A stretch of 64,000 bases of DNA from Octopus sinensis (Eukaryota), in NCBI RefSeq assembly GCF_006345805.1, contig NC_043007.1, positions 29,140,001 through 29,204,000 of the forward strand, written 5' to 3'. Shown here piece by piece: positions 1-64,000 of the stretch (positions are counted from its first letter, which is position 1; every line of letters begins with the position of its first letter). The notes beneath the pieces are model-generated. The model did not search any database. It saw nothing but the letters and a program-made list of their open reading frames with translations, and was not told where the DNA came from. The position numbers and the translations under genes were made by a program.

Positions 1-1156
1 AAGAAATGAGAGGGTTCCCTCAGAGCAGAGATTTGGTTCAGATTCTTGCAGCAAAATCTGCTCTGCTTTTGGTGCCTAAAAGGTCAGATGGACTGAGTCC
101 CTCACACAACATTATGTATTGTAACAGTCCATCCAATCAGCTTCCATGACATTTTCATCTCCCCATCTTTACCTGTAAATCTTGGGTGGCTGTGGTACTT
201 GACCAACGCACCCCACAGTTGGACCAAAACTGGAAACACATAATGATTATACTCAAGCTGAGAAACAAGCAAAAGATTTTGTGAATATTTAAGAATCTGA
301 ATCCATGGATCACTGTTCTTTCATTTTGTTTTTTTGATAAACCTGCAGGTTGTGGCATGGTTGATCAACAGCTTGAAAATGTGTGTGTGTGTGTGTGTGT
401 GTTGTGTGTGTGTGTGTAGTGTGACTCTATCTATGATATATGTGCCTACATAAGGCAAAGAACTGACTGAAAGAGTCCAGCAAAAGCCAGCTTCCACAGA
501 ATAAGAGTTGGTTTGATTTTCATAAGATTCCTTCTTTTCTTTCCGTTTACTATTTTTGGGTTTTATACAAACATCTTGAAGCAGAAGTCGTCCAAATATC
601 TTCTTGGTATTCTTCTTAACTCAATTATTCCCATTCTGATAGCATATTGAGGTGTAGCAGTAGAGCACCTAAATTCTTTGTGTTGAATTTTTTGTTTTAT
701 GCACAGCTGTCACCTCTCACTTGCAATGGATTCTTCTACATATTCTGGCATTCCACAAGACCTGACTGAAGTTAAATTAAGGCTTGGAAGCAGAATCAAG
801 ATATTGTCTGTCATGTGATACAAAGTAATTCAACAACCCAGTCTTCAGTGATGTAACATTACTAATACTCAAATAAACTTCCTTATGTAACTGTTTTTTA
901 AAGATTAACAGAGAGAAATTGAAATAAATTGCTAAGAAACTTTCCCCTAAAATCTAAATACAGCTTCTTTAGTTTTCTGACATCATTTGGAATGTTGGGA
1001 AGAATGATGATTTGAAATGTCATCTCCTGACTAACTTCACAGCTCACCCTTAGTTATATGATGTTTTCTAATTAATTAGTACCAATTAAATTATATCTTA
1101 ATTTCATTTTGGTTCAGCAATAATCACTTCTGTATATGTTTTGTCTGTTCGTCCAG

Positions 1157-55671
<54,515 letters not shown>

Positions 55672-56121
55672 GTGACCATCACCTACAACATGACCCCCCA
55701 CCCCCTAACTACGTGTCCTCAATACCAAAGCTCTGGCCAAGCTTCACCTTTTGTCTGGGGGTGGAGTTGGAGGGTACAACTACAACTCATGCTTCTCTCT
55801 CTCTGCTTCTTTCTTCCCTCTTCCACCTCCATTTTCCTCCTCCTCCTGTACAGTTGAGGTTTAGCAGGAGGGCAGCGGAAGGACTGATGTTCTGCTATAG
55901 CAGTTGGTCGTCAACACTTGAAACCCTTTAAAACAACAGTACAGGGTCTTGCACCATCTCCCCCCCCCCACCTCTTCCCTTACCATCATTACCATTGACA
56001 TCATCATCATCACCATCATCGTCATCATCATCATCATCATCCCTGCTTTATGGTTATTAATTGTCCTCTTTGCTTCTCTTCCTCTCTATCAGTCAGTCTC
56101 AAAATCTTTATCAGAATCTCC

Positions 56122-56155
<34 letters not shown>

Positions 56156-56161
<6 letters not shown>
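56156..56161 (+). terminator. Candidate proximal polyadenylation signal for NCKAP1
   Basis: An AATAAA about 485 nt after the stop codon. The hexamer is common in AT-rich DNA, so support is weak. Confidence 0.3.
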
Positions 56162-56894
56162 ATGTGAAATATATTTAAACTATATTCTTTTTCTGGCAAT
56201 CCACATCTCTTGTGGACCAGAAGCAAGAACTGACAAACAGTGAAATGAAGTCCCAAGAAAAAGCATCCAGTTTAAATAAGCGCTATACTCTCTACCATGT
56301 ATTGAGTACTCTGTTCCATCATTGACAAACTGTAATATTGAATGTGCGTTGAAAGTAGTATTACAAACAGATAAAGAGTACTTGATGCATATCCTGGAGT
56401 GTGTGCGTGAATATATATATATACATCCATGTATGTGTGTATGTATATATACACACACACATACACAATCTTTTTATTTCTTTCCACATCTTTCATTCTA
56501 AACACTCAGTTTATGTCTGAATGTAAAGGAGAGATAAGACACCCTCCTCCCTCTCTAAGTTCGAATCTCCCCCACCCCCATTTTCTATCACTATTGGCAA
56601 ATATTGTTATTATTATTATTAATTACTTGAAATAATTTTCATCTCAAATTAAAAATTATTATAATTAATATTTTATATTTTGTATCATTCTCACCAAGTT
56701 ATAGCTTTTTTCCTTTCTCTGTCTTTTCTTAGATATCTACTTTGGTAAAAATATTATTATTATTATTATCATCATCTTGACTGTTTTGTCCTCCTCCTTT
56801 CTCTTCTGCTCTCAATTTCTGGCCTTGTGCTCATGTTAGAAATCATTATTATTATTATTATTATTATTGCTAATGTTATGATGATGAGAGCATG

Positions 56895-57378
56895 GTTGGC
56901 AGTACCATTAGACTGGATTAACTGCAGAATTTGGTCACATTGACACTCTGGGTTCAAGTCCTGCTACAGCTGAGTTTGCCTTTTTGTCCTTCTGAGATCA
57001 ATAAAATAAAGTACCAGTATTATACTGGGGGCTTGATTCACTCAAACCCCACATCCTCTCTTTACAATTTCTGGTCTTGATGCCGACCCAAGAAATCCTT
57101 ATCTACCCTGAGGCAAATAAACTACTACTACTACTACTATTATTATTATTAATATTATTATTAAGGTGGCAAGCTGGCAGAATTGTTAGAGCATTGGAAC
57201 AAGTGCTTTGCAACATTTGTTCTGCTTCTTTACGTTCTGTGTTCAAATCCCACCAAAGTCAGCTTTGCTTTTCATCCCTCCTGATGCAATGAAATAAAGT
57301 ACAAGTCAAGTACTGAGGTGGTATCAATTAACCCTCTCCCCCTTAAAATTGCTGCCCTTGGGCTTAAATTAGATACCA
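56895..57378 (+). mobile_element. Two SINE family A copies downstream of the NCKAP1 stop
   Basis: B-boxes GGGTTCAAGTCC (about 56950) and GTGTTCAAATCCC (about 57240), each with core and AAAGTACCAG/AAAGTACAAG. Confidence 0.7.
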
Positions 57379-57501
57379 TTATTATTATTATTATTATTAT
57401 TATTATCTACATCAGAACAAAATCTGTATAAAGTGTCTAGTGTTTGTGTGTGTTTTTCATGAAAGTACAACTACTGTGAGTAAACACACACGCTCCTGCT
57501 G

Positions 57502-57578
<77 letters not shown>

Positions 57579-57932
57579 ATATAAAACTTTGACTATGTAA
57601 AATATGTGTGTGTATGTTTATCTAACCAACTCTACTTTTACACCAAGATACATAATATTGATTTCTTACTTTCAACAAGTAGAAAACTCATGATAATAAT
57701 AATAATGATAATAACAATAATAATAATGCTGAGAAGATGAAATAAAATTAATTTAAAGTTTAAAATTAATAATTTTTTCTTGACATCCTTGTTTTTAATT
57801 AATTTTTGTTCAGTTTCGCACCTTTTTTGTTTGTTTAAAGTTTTTCCTTAATTTCTGTTATTTATTTTTTAAATAAAGTGAAACATCTCCACAACTTTAT
57901 CTTACCACTGTCTTCTCGTCTTTATATACAAG

Positions 57933-57969
<37 letters not shown>

Positions 57970-58849
57970 GTACATAAAGAACTAGGCACAACCTTCTATG
58001 CATAGAGGTATGCAAATTTCATATGGGGAAGCAAAGAGCAATCATTATAGTTTACAAGTAATAGAATGAAGTCAGTTCAGAATGAAAGGTAACACAAGGG
58101 GGTTACATTATTTCCATCTGGCTTGCATTGTGTTTGGCTCACACATTCAACTGAAAATGTAGTAGTCTGGCCAGTTCGAATGAAACTGAACTCTTCTTCC
58201 ACTTTGGGTGTCTTTGGGTGATTCTGAAACCTTCAGTAACACAAACTGATTCTGCTCTACACACACATGGCCTTTACAGAGAGTCTGAATATCTTGGAAA
58301 GCACCTTTTGTAGGCTCTGCGTGCCCCTCTATCTACATTTTCCTATCTACACCAATGATGTCCAAGAGAAGACATCCTGTCCAATGTTGTAGTAGTTCCA
58401 ATAATCTACTATCCTGCACTGGGATTTACATTTAGCAAATTTGCCCTTCGCAGGGTTTTGAACTCAGTATAATGGGAATCGGAACAAACACAAGAAATTG
58501 TTGGCAACTCTTTTCATCTGCTGCCTTCTCTGTTTTTCACAAAAACAAACTTTGCCCAGCCTTGACTTATGGAGAACCTTTCAAGTGCAGACTTTCAGAC
58601 CAACTCTAACAGCTAAACTCCATTCAACACGTATTTACACACATTTTATTTTATATAAATATATACTTTTTTTTTTTTTTGCTTCTTTTAGTCATTGGAT
58701 TGGTCCCATGCTGGGAAAAATGATCATAAAGACTCCAGTCACTTTTTTAAAGTCATTAATATTGGTCTCTTTCTGCTGAACAGCTAGCTGACAAGGATAT
58801 AAACAAACCAACACTGGTTATTGGAGAGTAAGAGCAAAAGACACATGTA

Positions 58850-58960
58850 GACGCAAATCCACTGACAAGGAATTGGTTGGCCCAGGTCTGTAGAAAGACA
58901 CTTGCCCAATGTGCCATGCAGGGGGACTGAACCTAAAGAACACTTGGTTGCAAAACGTTG
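58850..58960 (-). mobile_element. SINE family B copy
   Basis: AAGACACTTGCCCAATGTGCCATGCAGGGGGACTGAACC. Confidence 0.7.
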
Positions 58961-59041
58961 CAGCTGACAGCACAACTCTTCCTGCAGCTGAGAGAGAAAG
59001 AGTCAAAAGGAAATCCTACATCTTACATATAGCAGTCAATC

Positions 59042-59076
<35 letters not shown>

Positions 59077-60663
59077 CTGATAATTAGATGGACAGAAATA
59101 CATAGATTGGTAGAGTGATAGCATATATAGACAGATAGTTATGCAGATAGAAATAGATAAACTGACAGACATTGCTGTGGTGCTAGAGTTAATATTTGCT
59201 ACTGATGAAGCGCAAAGAAACAGAAATGCATATTTAGCTTTGCCACTGTCATTGCTGCAAGGTTTCCATCTGATACATTTCTGTGTTTTTTAACTCTATA
59301 CATCTCAATACGAGATGCTTTCTAGTTTAGCAAGCTTTCAACATTGTATCTACTTTAAATATTATACATAGGCTGCTATTTTGAACCATATTGTTTCTGT
59401 TGCTGATAATAAACTTTTATTCTGCCAGCTGGCTGAATGCAACATCAGAGACTTTTCAATCACTGTTTAACTATATCAGTCAGTGACCAATGTTTTGCTT
59501 GGCATGTGGACCCTTGCTACTGACAAAGTTCAAAGTTCAAAGAAATACCTATTAACCCACCCCCACCACAGCTGCCAGACTATTTTTGTCTGTTGCTAAT
59601 ATATCTATGTGGGTTTTTTTTTTAATACTGCACATGTCAAAGAGAAGTTTTCTGAAAGACAAACACCATAGTTTAGCAGGTTTTTAATGATGGCAGGGAA
59701 GCATCCCTGACCCTTTACAAGGCCCCTCTCACCACTTCGCTCTCTCCACTAAAACAGAACTATCCTCACAATTACATCCATTAATTCCTTTAAAATGTTG
59801 CTATTTTGGATCTTTGATCAAACACTTGTTTCCCAGTTGAAATATGAGAATGGGAGGGAGCGACAGTGCTAATAAAATGCCAAGGTTTTTGGTACAAAAT
59901 GTTTACAATAAACAAACAAAAAATATCTTTAAACCAGAACAAAATATTTCAAACTGAATGAGTCTCTATGCAGTTAATCATATTGCTAGAAACAAGAGCC
60001 AAATCTCAACTGTCCTAAAGATGGAAGGATGTGTTAGATAATAGTTTGATAGATATAGATGGAATGGCCATGGTCAGAACAGTTTTGCACCTAGTTCTGC
60101 TGGATCAAGATTAACCTGTGGCCAAACAATAACAGCATCATTTGAAATTTTAAAATAATAAAAACAAAGAAATGTGTAAAATATGTTTTTTTTATTTCTG
60201 GAATGTTGGGGAGGGGGGAGTAAAAGACAGCAAATGTAGAAAATACAAAAAATATAAAATAGAAAAAGAAAAATACGAAAATATTTTGAAATAAAATCAA
60301 ATTTAAAAAAAAATCTCACAAACACCCGCTTCCTACATTTTAATTGAAGCGGGAGTTTGTGTTACCAGCTAACATAGATAAAAGATGAACCAACAGAGTT
60401 TTTATGGGCTTAACTGATCTGCTAAAAATAATAGTCAAATCTTCCTCAAAATTCAATTATTTTGAAAAAGGAAAGGCACATAGGATAACATAGTCCTAGA
60501 TACACAATGCCCAACAGGACAGAATGCTTCATGGCTGGAACATATTTAATCATAGGACTTAAGCTAATCTTAGGTCCTATAACACTAAAACCCTTTTTGT
60601 TTGCTACATTTAGACTGTAAGTATGGTACTTAGTCACATCTTAGATCTTTTTCTCGTCTACTC

Positions 60664-60710
<47 letters not shown>

Positions 60711-63517
60711 TGTGGGGTGTAAAAATGACAGATCAGGCTCCTAATACATACAAGAAATCTCAAAAAGAGACAAACTCTGGTTGACATTCCTTTAATCCCA
60801 TCAACTCTATCAGTGTGTGTGTGTGTAATTCTGAATTTATTCCTGTTGAAACAAAAAACAGAAACAATTATTTTTAAGTTCAAATCTTTCAACAGACAAT
60901 ATGAAATTATACAAGCCAGAAATCAATGGGTTTAATTAACTAAAACACTATCTTCCTCTAATTACAATACAGTAAAATCCTTAATATTCCATTTCACTAT
61001 GGGTCAGTTCTTCCAGCCCGTGACCTTTGGTGGATCCACAACTGACCAAAAATAGACAGTAGAAGACTGTGGTCCAGTCAGAAATGGAGGACAAAGCACT
61101 CTGATATCAAATTATCATTTTTATTATTATTATTGTTGTTATTATTATTCATTGTTGTTATTGTTTAAAAGTGAATATAACTTTGTGTGTGTATTTTTAA
61201 TGGCTACAATGTTTACCAGGATAAAACTGGTGAATGTGTATATGTGGATATATGGATATTACAAAGGTCAACACAAGATGAACAAACTTTGGCAAATTAG
61301 GTTTTAACATTTCAGACATTCGTTGTTCATCACGAGGGGGGGGTGGAGAGGATGGAGTGTAGCGAGAGTGAGAGAGACAAATAAGGGGAAAAAGCAGATG
61401 AAAGGAAAGGGACAGAAATTACACGTTTGTGTGATGTGTGTGTGTATATATGTATATATATATATATATACATTGGTTTGCTCCCAAAGCCAGTGGGGTG
61501 ACATCATTCAAAATCTAAAGTGAGATGAAGTGCATTGTGACCAGTGGTGTATAACAACATCCAATTGTCTGGTCAATACCATGATATATATATATACACA
61601 CATACATACACATAAATGAACACATATATAAAAAGAGAGAGAATGAGACGGATAGACAAGACATTATCAGTATGGCTTGAAACAAACAAAAAAAAAAAGC
61701 CTCCTCAAAGAGATATTTGTGTTGTCTTACCCTGGTTACAAGGATGGGAAGGTTTTCAGTCCAAAACCTGATTGAAGTTGCCACTTGAAAAACAAGTGTA
61801 AAGCAGGAATCAATCAATAAATGGATTGGTGACCATTTGTGATGAGAAAGAGTAAGTTTTGCATTTGTGATTGTCCAAGGAGTTTTAATAAGCATCACGG
61901 TTGCAATTGAAGAAACTTCACCATCAGACATACATTGCTGCTTATGGGCAAACACCAACATTTAATTACAATATCTAATGTGGGTTTTTTTCTTTTTTGT
62001 TGACCAAAATAATGAGACACATTCATAAACGTCCATATATATATATATATATATATATATACGAAAGAGAGATGGTAGGAAAGTCTAGAGAGCAGAACAG
62101 CAGATGGTCTTCAGAGAAGCCCCATTTCAGGCAAATGTTTCAGCCCTTAACTCCTACCTCTAAGGTAGAATTAATACAATTCAATTTTAAAAATTTACTG
62201 TAATAAGTGGAATGTCCAGTGACCAGTGGTCACAACTTGGTGAGGAATCTTCAGAATAATCAGGATGAAGATTCCTGAATGAGCAGAAACCAAAGGTCAT
62301 TATTTGATTATAAATATATATATATACACACACATAGTGTCTGTGTGTTTGTATACAGTAAAAGTGGGGATTAAAAGTTGCCCACAGATTCCCCATCCTC
62401 TCACAAGAAAGTGATTTCCAACAAAAAGAAAAAAAATGGGATTGTTTTTAATGAAGAAAAGCAGTTGATTGAATTAATTGTTGATAATTGGCAAGGCATT
62501 GTCAGGTGATGTATCCGTGTGTGTGTGTGGGTGTGTATATATCTCTTGGTACATCTTCCTAGTGTGCGCTGCAGTTACAGCTAATCTTCTTTCTCTATTT
62601 CTCTGTCAGTGACATCCTCCTACATAACTGCATCAATTCCACCAGCCATAAGCCAGATATTGCAAATGGTAAAACCGATTTAGAAATGAGTGCTGAGACA
62701 TATACAGTTTATGTACTTTTAACTGTATATATATATGTGTGTGTGTGTGTGCACTAATTTTCTGGGTGTACATGTACATATCCATGTTTATGCAAGTGTA
62801 TGCCTGCATGATTGTATGAAAGAATGTGCATATTTACAAGTTAGGTGCATTTCTATGCTTCCATTTACGTGAGTAATATCTATTTGATGATCCTCTCTCT
62901 ATACATGTGTGTGTGTGTGTGTCTACATGTGAACACCATGTAGCTTTTCTTGGATTAGTTTTCCAGGTTGAGAAAAAATAGTTTTGAATCTTTTGCCTTC
63001 AGATCTTTTCTTTCTTCTAGATACATATCACACACATATTTAAATATAATATAATATAATATATATATATATATATATAGTATAGTTAAATATACAGTAT
63101 TTCCAAGCGGTGCAATAAGTTAGGCATGGCCTGAGCCAATACTGGCCGAAACTTGTCTATCTAAATATACATATATATAGTATATGTAATATATATATAT
63201 ATACACACTATATATTATATATATGTATATGCATATATATGATGCGATATATATACATACACACGCACATTTCTATATACAATTCGTAAAAATCATTTAA
63301 ATCAGAATATCACCATTATCATCGTCATCATCATGTAAAAATCCTGAGAAAAATAATTCTTTAAATGTTGAAGCTGTTTAATATATAAAGATGTTAGTTG
63401 ATGATGTCTGGAAGGAAGGAAAAAGAGAGAGGGGGGAGAGAAGGAGAGCAGCAACTCTTACAAAGTGGTCATCCTTTGACCATCGGCATTAGAGTCAGCC
63501 TCCTTATTGTTGTTGTT

Positions 63518-63687
63518 TTAATAGCCAATATAGCCACCACGAGTTCTGATGTTGCTGAGGGAGAAACCAATGGCTAAATACACCACAATAGCAACCACAA
63601 TGGATATGACACTCCAGAAGAATGAGTTCAAACTCCACTTGAGGGCATATTTGGTATCTCCTTGGGCATAAGCACGGTTTGACATCA
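63518..63687 (-). CDS. Terminal coding exon of a convergent gene, probable CD225/dispanin (IFITM/PRRT/SynDIG-like) membrane protein
   Basis: Strong minus-strand acceptor ttcccttcttttcttttccag, then (x)MSNRAYAQGDTKYALKWSLNSFFWSVISIVVAIVVYLAIGFSLSNIRTRGGYIGY*. The S-x2-A-x3-GD-x3-A-x3-S pattern followed by one 23-aa hydrophobic helix fits the CD225 C-terminal half. The exon is well supported; the family call is from memory. Confidence 0.65.
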
Positions 63688-63744
63688 CTGGAAAAGAAAA
63701 GAAGGGAAGATGCTGAGAAAAAGAATTATTGCATTAATCACACA

Positions 63745-63935
63745 TACTCTTTACTCTCTTACTTGTTTCAGTCATTTGACTGCGGCCATGCTGGAGCACT
63801 GCCTTTAGTCGAGCAAATCGACCCCCAGGACTTATTCTTTGTAAGCCTAGTACCTCTATAGCTCTCTTTTGCCGAACTGCTAAGTTACGGGGACGTAAAC
63901 ACACCAGCATCGGTTGTCAAGCGATGTTGGGGGGG
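63745..63935 (-). mobile_element. SINE family D copy in the intron of the minus-strand gene
   Basis: TACTCTTTACTC tail plus GTTTCAGTCATTTGACTGCGGCCATGCTGGAGCAC...; high identity to 52722-52896. Confidence 0.8.
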
Positions 63936-63959
63936 ACAAACACAGACACGCAAACATAT

Positions 63960-63994
<35 letters not shown>

Positions 63995-64000
63995 CACACA

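Noticed and set aside
3-90. Plus frame ...RDLVQILAAKSALLLVPKR as the preceding NCKAP1 exon (expected ELATVLSDQPGLLGPK)
   Set aside because: Identity is too low compared with every other exon, and there is no in-phase GT donor after PK.

Overview
This is AT-rich, microsatellite-dense eukaryotic DNA with a repeat repertoire I recognise as coleoid cephalopod, most likely Octopus (inferred, not searched). No CRISPR array, rRNA or intact tRNA was seen. The main feature is the 3' two-thirds of a plus-strand NCKAP1 (Nap1/Hem/Kette, WAVE regulatory complex) gene: 22 coding exons from 1157 to the TGA at 55669-55671. They splice in consistent phase at GT-AG sites into 765 aa; the 5' exons lie upstream of the window. 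The last coding exon of a convergent minus-strand gene, probably CD225/dispanin family, lies at 63518-63687 and is missed by the ORF track. Introns hold tRNA-type SINEs, RTE, CR1 and R4/Dong-type LINE remnants, MITEs, a decayed piggyBac, a Merlin (IS1595-like) remnant with an in-frame 33-bp amplification, and a tandem-duplicated maT/DD37D mariner. The least explained signals are (i) a chain of minus-strand exon-like blocks at about 16.5-26.2 kb that may be a decayed antisense gene interleaved with NCKAP1, whose product I could not identify, and (ii) a 111-bp-arm near-perfect foldback at 28696-28924. Repeat boundaries are approximate unless termini are quoted.
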